Virus record (IMG/VR): IMGVR_UViG_3300013137_000008
Direction: 5' to 3' (one strand)
From: a virus
Taxonomy: Duplodnaviria > Heunggongvirae > Uroviricota > Caudoviricetes
Length of the DNA: 64,000 nt
Below, in pieces: positions 19,247 to 28,379 of this stretch. Positions within the stretch are counted from its first letter, which is position 1, and each line of letters begins with the position of its first letter. Position numbers and translations under genes: made by a program. Below the pieces are notes generated by a model that searched no databases, was not told where the DNA came from, and saw only the letters and a list, made by a program, of their open reading frames with translations.

Positions 19247-19508
19247 TTATTTAGAATCATCCATCATGTTTCCAAAAGCGAATGATGCTCCACATAGGAA
19301 TGCAGTAGTAAATAGAGCTTTAGGGTCAGTGATTTCCTTATGCTTACGAAAGTCTTTCCTTATCTGATCTTTCACTTGCTTTTCAAACTCTACCTTTCTT
19401 TGTTTGTTCATATCGTTTTACTCCTAAAAGTTGATTTTTCTTTGTGCCAGACGGAGGATGGATCATTCCCCCGTCCGGCAATAATAAAGGAGGTGTTCCC
19501 GTCTTCGG

Positions 19509-19748
19509 TCACAACTCCGCAGACGGCAAAATATTGCGGTCAATCTGAAACCACATTTCATAGAGACTGACCTTCTCGCCATAGATTAATTTCCATGACA
19601 CAGGCGTTATATCAGGGCTTCGCTCTCGATTGTACCTGTAATTGAGATACATGAAACTGTCAACCATATTCTGTATTTTGTCCATGACTACTTCCATGTT
19701 GCCTTGATGTATTTCTCGATCTCTTCCCTGCAAATCCTGCGTATCCAC
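19509..19748 (-). CDS. Hypothetical protein
   Basis: 79-aa ORF. Confidence 0.3.
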   Translation of the reverse strand: MDTQDLQGRDREIHQGNMEVVMDKIQNMVDSFMYLNYRYNRERSPDITPVSWKLIYGEKVSLYEMWFQIDRNILPSAEL

Positions 19749-19812
19749 CTTTCGAGTAGTTTGGTTGATTCCTTTGCTGTTATTTCCATAATTGATACCT
19801 CTTTTATTATGT

Positions 19813-20040
19813 TTATCTTCCTATCTTGGAAAGTAGAGCATAGAGGTCGCCACTCCAAACTTTAATGCTATCTTCCCATAGGGTAATTTCAACCTTTTTA
19901 AGTTTACTGTCACCGAATGCTAATGATTTGTAATTCAAATGGATAAATTTATGTGGTTCATATTCCTGTGATATTCCACCCTCTGCTGCTGTGTACTGTT
20001 CAGTGTATTCTTCTAGCGTTCCGGTCAAATCGTTTGGCAT
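19813..20040 (-). CDS. Hypothetical protein
   Basis: 75-aa ORF preceded by GGAGG. Confidence 0.35.
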   Translation of the reverse strand: MPNDLTGTLEEYTEQYTAAEGGISQEYEPHKFIHLNYKSLAFGDSKLKKVEITLWEDSIKVWSGDLYALLSKIGR

Positions 20041-20089
20041 ACTAGCACCTCCTTTATGTTACTATATCCACAATATATCACAAAAGTAA

Positions 20090-20278
20090 CTACTTGTCAA
20101 GTTTGGGTTTAAGATAACTTATGACATATTCAGGGTTTTCATCTATCATAGCTGCGACGGCTGTACTAATTGTTTCCCTGAGGTCCCGGTCAATATTTCG
20201 GTAGAATTCAAGATAAAGTGTGAGGTTCATTAACAGTTCGTTCTGTGTATAGATTTTAGTTCCATTTACGTTTAGCAT
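20090..20278 (-). CDS. Hypothetical protein
   Basis: 62-aa ORF preceded by AGGAGG. Confidence 0.35.
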   Translation of the reverse strand: MLNVNGTKIYTQNELLMNLTLYLEFYRNIDRDLRETISTAVAAMIDENPEYVISYLKPKLDK

Positions 20279-20436
20279 ATCAGTCCTCCTTTATTTGGAT
20301 AACATAATCCAGTATTTCTGAAACGGTTTTGATGATAGCCATAGATGCCTGTTTGGGTGTGGCACATTGGGATTTGCCATCATAGCAAATGGCATGAAGA
20401 TAGTTTGACAGATTCATTATTTCAGCGTAAATCTCT

Positions 20437-20814
20437 TTATTTGTCATACTTGACCTCGCTCATTAGGAATTGGCACAAATGCATTATTACATTGGATGCG
20501 TTTACGCTTGTTCCATGTTCATCTATATAATGTTGTTCTATTTGCTCTACCATCTTATAAAGGTCAATTTCAACAGTATCAGATTCATAATATAGACGTG
20601 GGACTAATACCCCTAATCCCTCAGCGGATTGTATTATCTTTTGTGCGTCAGGCTTTACTACTCTAATTATCATATTTTCACCTCGCTCATTTAATCTCCA
20701 GTTTTTTAACAGAGAAACCATCCCGTATGGCAGTACGAACACAGGAATCACAGTAATAGTGAGGCAATATGGTTTGTGATGTGTAATGAGTAGCAAGTTT
20801 GTCGCATGTTGCAC
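20437..20814 (-). CDS. Hypothetical protein (probable true start at internal Met near 20673)
   Basis: ORF; internal ATG preceded by GAGG. Confidence 0.35.
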   Translation of the reverse strand: MQHATNLLLITHHKPYCLTITVIPVFVLPYGMVSLLKNWRLNERGENMIIRVVKPDAQKIIQSAEGLGVLVPRLYYESDTVEIDLYKMVEQIEQHYIDEHGTSVNASNVIMHLCQFLMSEVKYDK

Positions 20815-20900
20815 ATGTGGGAGTTTTCTGCTCTCGTGCTGTTTCTTTCATTTGCTTATTCTCCTAACTCTTTAAGCATTTGCTTACATATCTTGTCAGC

Positions 20901-21104
20901 TTACTGTATAACCTTGAGATTATCTCCATTATGAGATATCTCTATGTAGATGCGTTTCATGGCTTCTGTAAGCGCAGCTTTTGCTCCCATGTTTGCAATC
21001 TCTTGTAAACCTTGACCACAAGAATGACAACTTGGAATACATAATGGACAACCAGTAAGTAGATTGCACAAATCACTTTCCTTTGACATATATTTTGGCT
21101 TCAT
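20901..21104 (-). CDS. Cys-rich small protein (MKPK... family)
   Basis: CPLCIPSCHSC. Confidence 0.35.
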   Translation of the reverse strand: MKPKYMSKESDLCNLLTGCPLCIPSCHSCGQGLQEIANMGAKAALTEAMKRIYIEISHNGDNLKVIQ

Positions 21105-21108
21105 ACAC

Positions 21109-21432
21109 TCACCCCCCTAATTCCTTGAGCATCTGTTCAAGCTTCTTCTTTTCGATACAGTAATAAGGCTTTTCTCCTGGTATTCCATAAGGCCTAACAT
21201 TCGTTAGCAGATATTCCAGTATAGTTTTTTGTGCGGTAATCTTCTGCGTGTATTCAGCTAATATAAGGCACACGCAAGTACCATCTATAGTAAAGCTGCT
21301 CTCCATTTGTGCGAATAACTGCCTTTCGCATTCATCGCAAGGGTTCTTAGGTTTCCACTTTGGTTGAGACTTATTCCTACTTGGGCAGATACAATCCTCT
21401 GGTTCCTCTTGGCAAAATTTACAAGTTGTCAT
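21109..21432 (-). CDS. Cys-rich small protein (MTTCKFCQEEPEDCICPSRNK family)
   Basis: Composite paralog of 14195..14455 (N-terminus) and 13909..14205 (PKWKPKNPCDEC...EQMLKEL). Confidence 0.45.
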   Translation of the reverse strand: MTTCKFCQEEPEDCICPSRNKSQPKWKPKNPCDECERQLFAQMESSFTIDGTCVCLILAEYTQKITAQKTILEYLLTNVRPYGIPGEKPYYCIEKKKLEQMLKELGG

Positions 21433-21614
21433 TTGCTGGCCTCCATCTCTTTGAGCATTTGTTGGACTCTATCCCTGAAATCCATAGGATGTCCTTCCCA
21501 TGCTCGTAAACACACTAACGCCATTTTTGCTCCATCGGTTAAGTCTTTATATAAACTGCAATGTTTGCAATCATTAATTTTGTTACAATCGCATGTTATC
21601 CATTTTGGCTTCAT
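21429..21614 (-). CDS. Cys-rich small protein (MKPK... family)
   Basis: CDCNKINDCKHC. Confidence 0.35.
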   Translation of the reverse strand: MKPKWITCDCNKINDCKHCSLYKDLTDGAKMALVCLRAWEGHPMDFRDRVQQMLKEMEASK

Positions 21615-21832
21615 ACAAGTATCCTCTCTCGCTGAAATTGGGCGGTTTCCACTTGGTCAACCTCTACTGGTAGGCCGATCAGGTCAGCTATAAGATTGGC
21701 AATGGTCTCCTGGTTCTCTGAGATTAAATCTGTTAGCTCTTCTTCAGCATCTTCTCTATCTATAGCTGAATGTGGTTTACGATAACATATATTGAGGTCT
21801 ATAGATATGGTGTAATTGGTCTCTGTTCTCAT
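21611..21832 (-). CDS. Small acidic protein
   Basis: 73-aa ORF, coupled. Confidence 0.3.
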   Translation of the reverse strand: MRTETNYTISIDLNICYRKPHSAIDREDAEEELTDLISENQETIANLIADLIGLPVEVDQVETAQFQRERILV

Positions 21833-21834
21833 GG

Positions 21835-22113
21835 CTATTCCTCCTGAGTTTGTATTTTCTTTTGCATCTCTACTATGAGCGCACGGTTTATCTCACGGTA
21901 TCGAGAATAGCCATCATCGCATTTCCCCCATGCAAGAAGCCACTCAATTAGCCCTCTTATAGTAGCTATGCTATTATAGTAGTCATGTTCTCTTGAGCAG
22001 TGGCAGTTGTTGTCAAAATCATAGTAGCGATCCTCATAGAAATCACTAGGCAGTGGGTCGTCTTTGCCACACTCTTTGCAGGGGTTTGTTGGTTTCCATG
22101 TTGTATCTATCAT
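21835..22113 (-). CDS. Cys-rich small protein (W-x-P-x-N-x-C-x-x-C family)
   Basis: TTWKPTNPCKECGKDD. Confidence 0.4.
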   Translation of the reverse strand: MIDTTWKPTNPCKECGKDDPLPSDFYEDRYYDFDNNCHCSREHDYYNSIATIRGLIEWLLAWGKCDDGYSRYREINRALIVEMQKKIQTQEE

Positions 22114-22131
22114 GGTTCTATACCTCCTTAT

Positions 22132-22275
22132 TTAATCATCTACCCCAGGCCAATATCCGCATATACTACAGTAGGTATCTGTCTCTATTGACCCATTTGG
22201 GTATTTACATTCATGGTTTCTTATCCAATGGATTTTGAGTAGTTTACATAGGATGAGTTTTGCAATCTTAGTCAT
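22132..22275 (-). CDS. Small Cys-rich protein (start at the Met that overlaps the upstream stop)
   Basis: CKYPNG...CSICG; ATGA-type coupling. Confidence 0.3.
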   Translation of the reverse strand: MTKIAKLILCKLLKIHWIRNHECKYPNGSIETDTYCSICGYWPGVDD

Positions 22276-22472
22276 CATGGTTTCTGCGCCTCCTCTATGT
22301 CTACAAGTTTGTAAATGTCTGTCCATTCTTTTCCGCATTTGCCACACCTTATGTTTGCAGATGGGTCTAAATCGTATTTAATTGGGTCGCTGTCAAGTTC
22401 ATTTGAGTGGCAGAACGGACAACTGATGCCGTGGTTTTTAAGGTAATACTCTCTCTGTTCTTTTGTAATCAT
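22275..22472 (-). CDS. Small zinc-ribbon protein
   Basis: CPFCHS...CGKCGK. Confidence 0.4.
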   Translation of the reverse strand: MITKEQREYYLKNHGISCPFCHSNELDSDPIKYDLDPSANIRCGKCGKEWTDIYKLVDIEEAQKP

Positions 22473-22483
22473 GGCTAATCCTC

Positions 22484-22840
22484 CTACTGTTTTATTTGGT
22501 CTGCGATTATTTGTTTTACATGATCTGCTCCAGCCATTGATATTCTATCCTCAGTCTCAGCCCTTGCTCTCATAGCTGTCTTATGACAAAGTATACTCAT
22601 GCTTAAACCAGTGGATTTTTCAGTGCAAGTCCAGTATGTATCCCAAACATCTACTCCGTTTTCTGTTTGGCTATAAGCCTTGCCCTTATAGTCTCTATGG
22701 GCAAACATGGTAATTCCTTGATACTCAAAAGGTACTATCTTGGGAGGTAGAATCTTACCTGCTGCTGTCTTGATAAAATATGTCTTGTCGTTTACTATTT
22801 CTTTGCTGTCAAACATTGTATTAGTTCGTAACATAGTCAC
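22484..22840 (-). CDS. Hypothetical protein
   Basis: 118-aa ORF. Confidence 0.4.
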   Translation of the reverse strand: MTMLRTNTMFDSKEIVNDKTYFIKTAAGKILPPKIVPFEYQGITMFAHRDYKGKAYSQTENGVDVWDTYWTCTEKSTGLSMSILCHKTAMRARAETEDRISMAGADHVKQIIADQIKQ

Positions 22841-22843
22841 CTC

Positions 22844-23062
22844 CTAATACTCAGTAGCCCGCATTTTGCGTCTCTTTGGCCTCTCTAAGCCTTCTATTGA
22901 CCGTTTACGTGGATGTTTAAGGTCATAGGATAGCCCAGCCAACATAAGGGTTAAAATAGCCGGTAAAAGAAATCCCCATCCGTTACCATTGCCCAGGCTT
23001 ACCGTTGCAATAAAAGCGATCATCAGCACCGTTCCTATGATTGATAGAATAGTGGTTATCAT
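22844..23062 (-). CDS. Small membrane protein
   Basis: Two TM helices. Confidence 0.35.
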   Translation of the reverse strand: MITTILSIIGTVLMIAFIATVSLGNGNGWGFLLPAILTLMLAGLSYDLKHPRKRSIEGLERPKRRKMRATEY

Positions 23063-23213
23063 GGCCTACTCCTCGCCAATAATCACTTCTGCAATAGGAT
23101 ATACGTCCCAGTTGGCCTCAGCAGGGGATGATAGGTTAGCCAATGATAGTAGCCGTTCTTGTGTCTCTTTGGTTAAGTCCCTGAAATAGATTTCCATTGT
23201 GTTTTCCATAACT

Positions 23214-23861
23214 CTATACCTCCTTACCTTCGGCCTTATATATTTTGCTACATGACCAGCATTTATTTCCTGTTATGATTGCCCCACATTCACAATATTT
23301 CCTTGCCTTTTTGCGAGATGTACTATTATTAGGGACTTTCGCAAATATTTTATTTTTAGGAAGTACAGGATTAAATATCTGTGTATATCCAGTTCCCTTG
23401 CAGTCATAACAGGTGTGCAATTGTGATATTAGTTTTTCCTTTCTGCTAATGCCACCAGTTCCCAAACATTCAAAGCAAATATGCCAACGTTTAAATCCGC
23501 TACCTTGACATGCAGGGCATTTATGAATATAAGTATATTCGGTGTGCTGTTTGTGTACATATCCATTGCCATGACACTTAACGCAAGGTTTTTGATTTAC
23601 TAAATCTCCCAATCCTTTGCCAAGATTAAATATTAAGTCTCCCTCTGCTGTAACCTTCTCAGTGTTTGCCTTGATATTAGCAGCGAACGGCCTCAAGAAA
23701 TCGTAAGCATTCTTAATGGCAATGAATTGTTTTTGCTCTCCGCCTTTATCGGGATGACATTTGAAAGCTAACTGTGTAAAAGCGTGTTTCAATTCATCAC
23801 TTGTAAAGGGGTACGTTATCCCCAATACGTCAGTCTGCTTTTTAATAATGGGATCGTACAT
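23214..23861 (-). CDS. DnaJ-like co-chaperone: J-domain plus four CxxCxGxG zinc-finger repeats
   Basis: J-domain with HPD (KCHPDKGG); CVKCHGNGY, CPACQGSGF, CFECLGTGG, CYDCKGTGY. Confidence 0.8.
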   Translation of the reverse strand: MYDPIIKKQTDVLGITYPFTSDELKHAFTQLAFKCHPDKGGEQKQFIAIKNAYDFLRPFAANIKANTEKVTAEGDLIFNLGKGLGDLVNQKPCVKCHGNGYVHKQHTEYTYIHKCPACQGSGFKRWHICFECLGTGGISRKEKLISQLHTCYDCKGTGYTQIFNPVLPKNKIFAKVPNNSTSRKKARKYCECGAIITGNKCWSCSKIYKAEGKEV

Positions 23862-23871
23862 CGGCTATTCC

Positions 23872-24195
23872 TTATACTTTACCTTCGGCCTTTGAAATGG
23901 CTGCTCGTATATCTCTAATTGCGCTTGTTATTAATTCAAATGTTTTGGTAGTAGGATCAGGGTTGAACGCCATATACTCGGCATATAATAGATTTACGCC
24001 TTTTAGTGCCTCATACATAAGAGGTGCGGAGCAAATTAAATTTGCATCGGCTCTCATAGTGGCAAGTTCCTTATTATATGTGTCCGATTCAATAGGATTT
24101 ACCATGCCACAGATTACATTACCACTCCCTGCTATCATAGAGAAATTAGCCCCTAACTCTTCAGTAAATGTCCATACCCCTTTTGTATATTTCAT
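23872..24195 (-). CDS. Hypothetical protein, paralog of 12645..13040
   Basis: ANLICSAPLMYEALKG shared motif. Confidence 0.45.
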   Translation of the reverse strand: MKYTKGVWTFTEELGANFSMIAGSGNVICGMVNPIESDTYNKELATMRADANLICSAPLMYEALKGVNLLYAEYMAFNPDPTTKTFELITSAIRDIRAAISKAEGKV

Positions 24196-24209
24196 AGCTA
24201 TACCTCCTG

Positions 24210-25184
24210 TTATTTAATCCGGTTGCCTTCTTTATCTACTTTATAGACTGGTATACATGCCCGTACTCGTATCTTATCAGGATATTGAGCAAAGGCAGGT
24301 AATGGTGCAATATCCTTAATGTTTACTCTACAGGCTAAGTAATTACCCGAATCGTGGAATGTGATTGCCTGTTGGATTGACGGGCTAAGGTGTAATCCCT
24401 TGCCACATTCTATGTTTGCTTTGGCATCCCAATCAACGGCTACGGTTTCCTTGCCGATGATATACTTTGTTTTGCCATCATGTGCTGCCGTATTATTTTC
24501 TTGGACAGACTTGTAGAGGATAACAAATTGATTTTTCATAGGAACGCCACAGGATTTAAGGTAATCTTTAGGTTGAATTGTATTGCCACCTACTGATCGT
24601 CCGATACACTTAGTCGTAATCTCTTTTAGTATTGCACAAGCATATGGGCTTTTACATTGTGCGTGGCTGTTTCCCCTGAGTTCGGCGTGGCTGTTTCCCC
24701 AGAGTACGGCGTGGCTGTTTTCCCTGAGTACGGCGTGGCTGTTTTCCCAGAGTACGGCGTGGCTGTTTCCCCAGAGTACGGCGTGGCTGTTTCCCCAGAG
24801 TACGGCGTGGCTGTTTCCCCTGAGTACGGCGTGGCTGTTTCCCCTGAGTTCGGCGTGGCTGTTTCCCCAGAGTACGGCGTGGCTGTTTCCCCAGAGTACG
24901 GCGTGGCTGTTTTCCCTGAGTTCGGCGTGGCTGTTTTCCCTGAGTTCGGCGTGGCTGTTTTCCCAGAGTACGGCGTGGCTGTTTTCCCTGAGTTCGGCGT
25001 GGCTGTTTCCCCAGAGTTCGGCGTGGCTGTTTTCCCAGAGTACGGCGTGGCTGTTTTCCCTGAGTTCGGCGTGGCTGTTTCCCCAGAGTTCGGCGTGGCT
25101 GTTTCCCCAGAGTTCGACAGTTTGATCGTCTTTATAAACCGTAAATTCCTGCTCACATCCACAAAAGTCACAATATCTTTTCAT
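24210..25184 (-). CDS. Repeat protein: N-terminal CxxC, about 19 tandem 8-aa repeats (WGNSHAEL / RENSHAVL), globular C-terminal domain
   Basis: Start placed at the ATG preceded by AAGGAGG (the ORF-track version extends to 25256 and overlaps the upstream gene). Repeats are encoded by a 24-bp tandem array. Confidence 0.55.
   Translation of the reverse strand: MKRYCDFCGCEQEFTVYKDDQTVELWGNSHAELWGNSHAELRENSHAVLWENSHAELWGNSHAELRENSHAVLWENSHAELRENSHAELRENSHAVLWGNSHAVLWGNSHAELRGNSHAVLRGNSHAVLWGNSHAVLWGNSHAVLWENSHAVLRENSHAVLWGNSHAELRGNSHAQCKSPYACAILKEITTKCIGRSVGGNTIQPKDYLKSCGVPMKNQFVILYKSVQENNTAAHDGKTKYIIGKETVAVDWDAKANIECGKGLHLSPSIQQAITFHDSGNYLACRVNIKDIAPLPAFAQYPDKIRVRACIPVYKVDKEGNRIK
24661..25117. 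repeat. Tandem repeat, 24-bp unit gcgtggctgtttccc(c/a)(t/a)gagt(t/a)cg, about 19 copies, in-frame inside the CDS
   Basis: Read directly from the sequence; the period is a multiple of 3. Confidence 0.9.
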
Positions 25185-25188
25185 TGTT

Positions 25189-25440
25189 TTATACCTCCTT
25201 TGTTCTTGGTTCTGAGTCTGTAAAAACAAACGCATAGCCTGTTTTTGTAGCTCCACCGATCAAGTCTCCAGTCCAGCCCATTTTATCTCTAAGGGCTACG
25301 GCTGCCTTAAGATGTGCCTGGTCTGTATCTAATTCATGTGGATAGGGTATGGTTACGTAATTGCCGTCACTGTCACAGGCTTTGATACGGCTTCCCCTCT
25401 GCTCGGTTACTGGTAGATACTTTGTGATGATTGCTTTCAT
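25189..25440 (-). CDS. Hypothetical protein
   Basis: 83-aa ORF. Confidence 0.35.
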   Translation of the reverse strand: MKAIITKYLPVTEQRGSRIKACDSDGNYVTIPYPHELDTDQAHLKAAVALRDKMGWTGDLIGGATKTGYAFVFTDSEPRTKEV

Positions 25441-25455
25441 GGCAATTACCTCCTC

Positions 25456-25773
25456 TTATAAAATCCGTATTTGTTTTTTGTGAGTTATTTCATATTGGAA
25501 GATAGGATGTTTGCCTTGCTTTATATACTCTTGAATATACACACGGGCAAATTTCTCGGCTAATCCCCTTGATAATGGGGCTTCTTCAACGAGGCCTATT
25601 GAATCGTTTTGTGCTCTACCTTCAAGATGGTAGGTATACCACCACGGATTATTATAATTCTCATTCCATGTACGCTGAATAACAACGGCATGATTTTTCC
25701 CATTTAATCTAAAACCGAACTGAGTCCATTCACGTTTGTTTTCTCTCCCTGTGCTTTTTCTCATAATATACAC
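25456..25773 (-). CDS. Hypothetical protein
   Basis: 105-aa ORF. Confidence 0.4.
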   Translation of the reverse strand: MYIMRKSTGRENKREWTQFGFRLNGKNHAVVIQRTWNENYNNPWWYTYHLEGRAQNDSIGLVEEAPLSRGLAEKFARVYIQEYIKQGKHPIFQYEITHKKQIRIL

Positions 25774-26095
25774 CTCCGTTAAAATCTTATTTGCGTTTTA
25801 TTACTCTCTAAATAGGCCGAAAGTGGTCGAATCCCCTCGGCCTATCGCTGGGAATAATGAAATTACTGTCTGCCTTTGTGCATATGGGCTATATTGTTTG
25901 TGTCAACGATTGCTGTAATGTAGCCCATCTCGACTAATAGTTTCCATTCTGTACTGTGATATTGTACATACATCACTAACATAATCTGTTACCTCCATTT
26001 ATTAAATTTTGTGTCCTATTGTTAAGTATATACTGTTGTGTACGCTTGTCAAGTACTTATTTGACATAAGGGTTAAGGCATTTAAGATATTTACC

Positions 26096-27004
26096 TTAGT
26101 AAACTGGTATTGCCTCCAGTTCGTTAATTTCAGATTCGCTCAACGGCAATAGCTCAACCTGTGCGGATTTAAGATATTTACCGCATGATCCACTATCAGC
26201 ATCCGTTTTTCCGCATTTATCGCAAGTATAGACTGTAACCATTTTGCGAATTTTGCGTTTGTGGTCTTCTTCATCTTGTTCAAGTATTGTAGTGCGCTTA
26301 AATTCCGTCCGCATATGTCCGGCACAATCAGGACAAGTTGAGAGTAGCATTTCACGTTCTACTGGTGGATTTTGGGAATTATACCAGTCGTCCATACGTG
26401 CTATGGTAGCAGGTTTGATACTTGTTGCAGATAACCGGCATGTGCCGCCGCCTAATTTATTCTTACCTGTTCTTAGCCAGGGGAAGTTATCTGCCATCCA
26501 GTAGTCGTCCGGCGTGACTGGCAATTCAATAGATTTTACTTTGCGCGTTTTCTTTTTCAGCTCGTCAAGGTCAAACTGGTCGATTAGCTCGGCATGGTTG
26601 GTTTTGATTTGGTTGACGGTTTCCTTGAATTTGAAATAATCGAGTAGTAATTGCGCCTCAATTTCCGTCAATCCGTCCGTTGGTTTGTCCGTATAAGTTC
26701 TAAGCATATCAGATACCTCCACTTTATTTATTACCGTATCAATGACCACATTCTGTATGATCTCAGATATGACCTCCGGTATAGGTTCAATGGCTTCGGG
26801 TTTGTAATCAGCACAAGTTTGGCAATCGTGATACTCGCAAATCTCACATGGTTCAGCTATGGTTGTTTTGACAGTTGCGGTTATGGTTGCGGATTTTTGC
26901 GGTCTATCAGTCGTTTTTTGGCGGTTTAAGGCCGTAATTAGTACCAGTGTGCCGGCGTTAAATAGGATTGCATAGAATAGGATCGCTAATAATATATATT
27001 CCAT
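26096..27004 (-). CDS. Membrane-anchored Cys-rich protein
   Basis: N-terminal TM helix; CEICEYHDCQTC; CPDCAGH...CDKCGK. Confidence 0.45.
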   Translation of the reverse strand: MEYILLAILFYAILFNAGTLVLITALNRQKTTDRPQKSATITATVKTTIAEPCEICEYHDCQTCADYKPEAIEPIPEVISEIIQNVVIDTVINKVEVSDMLRTYTDKPTDGLTEIEAQLLLDYFKFKETVNQIKTNHAELIDQFDLDELKKKTRKVKSIELPVTPDDYWMADNFPWLRTGKNKLGGGTCRLSATSIKPATIARMDDWYNSQNPPVEREMLLSTCPDCAGHMRTEFKRTTILEQDEEDHKRKIRKMVTVYTCDKCGKTDADSGSCGKYLKSAQVELLPLSESEINELEAIPVY

Positions 27005-27008
27005 AACT

Positions 27009-27251
27009 TCACCGTCCTTTATATTCGCGTTGTTCTATTCTTAGACCAAAACCGATGCTATGTTGGAGTAGATAGATTAAGTAGTCCTGAGCTTCCTCCC
27101 GTGTGCTAAAGGAAATCCAATTATTGCGTTGATAAACTAATTTGCCATGCATGCTTTTACTATGATCGTTTTCACGGTATGCGCTTAATGGTATCCCCGA
27201 TTTGTTTACTAATACAAAATACTCCATTGTTGACACCTCCAAATTTAGCAA
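27009..27251 (-). CDS. Hypothetical protein
   Basis: 80-aa ORF. Confidence 0.35.
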   Translation of the reverse strand: MLNLEVSTMEYFVLVNKSGIPLSAYRENDHSKSMHGKLVYQRNNWISFSTREEAQDYLIYLLQHSIGFGLRIEQREYKGR

Positions 27252-27482
27252 ATTTGCGCTTGATTATAACGCATGATAGCTAACAGGATACGCATTCCGT
27301 ATGATCCTTTGCACATTTCATACATTCCGTATCAATGGTTTTTATTATTCGCATTGAACCATATTCCCTATATTGGCAGTTGTTATGGTACATGCAATCT
27401 AAACAACTATACAATCGCTTATATGACCTGTATAAATTGCACCAAATGGTTTTAGATAGTTTCATGTTCAACACCTCCGAAT

Positions 27483-28136
27483 TTAGCAAATTTGCGATTG
27501 TACTTTAATCATTAAATCATCAGAATAGCGGTTATACCATAGCATAGATTTATAACTCCACCTAAAACCTAAATCACGTAGAGTATTCAGTACGCTATCA
27601 TCCGGCCTTGATCCGAATTTGATCTCTATACCGTTTAGTTTGTCATTGTGTGTTATGACTGATTTGCCATCGTCAACGGTTTGCAGTTTAGATTGTGTGG
27701 ATTGCTTAACTGGTTTATCATCCTTGTAGTTTATAGAATATGAGCGTATGCCGTGAAAGATTATTTTATCATTGATTGATATTTGATATTCAGTACCTAA
27801 AGGTATTTTAGAGCGTTCAATCAGGATAGCATCTTTAAAGCTCATTCCGGCATCAGCAGTTCCAAAAAATCCACCAACCTCATTCTCTATGCCGTGATAA
27901 ACATACGTACTCTTGACATTTTCAGGTTTATGAATCTTGATTGTTTGTATGTTTGGTTTATCATCCTGGTATAGTTCAGGATAAAATGCTTTACGTGTAG
28001 ATTGTTTAGCTTGTTTGATTGTCAAACCGTGTTTGCGGATATGATAAGTTAACTGTGTATCTAATTGTTGCATCCTATGTGTGGTGGTTATGGTCTCATT
28101 GCATATGGGGCAGTTTATTTCTTTGCGATCCTGCAT
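27483..28136 (-). CDS. Hypothetical protein with N-terminal CxxC
   Basis: 217-aa ORF; INCPICNE. Confidence 0.45.
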   Translation of the reverse strand: MQDRKEINCPICNETITTTHRMQQLDTQLTYHIRKHGLTIKQAKQSTRKAFYPELYQDDKPNIQTIKIHKPENVKSTYVYHGIENEVGGFFGTADAGMSFKDAILIERSKIPLGTEYQISINDKIIFHGIRSYSINYKDDKPVKQSTQSKLQTVDDGKSVITHNDKLNGIEIKFGSRPDDSVLNTLRDLGFRWSYKSMLWYNRYSDDLMIKVQSQIC

Positions 28137-28163
28137 ATTAGCACCTCCATATTTTAAGGTATA

Positions 28164-28367
28164 TTAACTGTTGATTGCTTTGCGGAATTTTGCTTCATCA
28201 AAATGTGGATTGTCGGCCTTGAGCATAGCGCATAAGTCATTAATGAATCTTGATAAATTGAGATGTTCGCAATTCATCATTTTAGTAATTCCGTTGTCGA
28301 TCCACGTTTCTGTAACAATATTATTCTTGATGATTGCCGCCAGTTTGATATAATCCTTTTTAGTCAT
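28164..28367 (-). CDS. Hypothetical small protein
   Basis: 67-aa ORF. Confidence 0.35.
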   Translation of the reverse strand: MTKKDYIKLAAIIKNNIVTETWIDNGITKMMNCEHLNLSRFINDLCAMLKADNPHFDEAKFRKAINS

Positions 28368-28379
28368 GTTTTAGTCCTC

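Noticed and set aside
24661-25117. Possible CRISPR array
   Set aside because: The repeats are strictly tandem with no spacers, a 24-bp period, in-frame in a CDS, and no cas genes are nearby.
24583-25223. Other-frame ORFs across the 24-bp tandem repeat (24583..25125 +, 24626..25171 -, 24657..25223 +)
   Set aside because: Because the repeat period is a multiple of 3, every frame is open. Only the minus frame with the AAGGAGG start and flanking non-repeat domains is credible.
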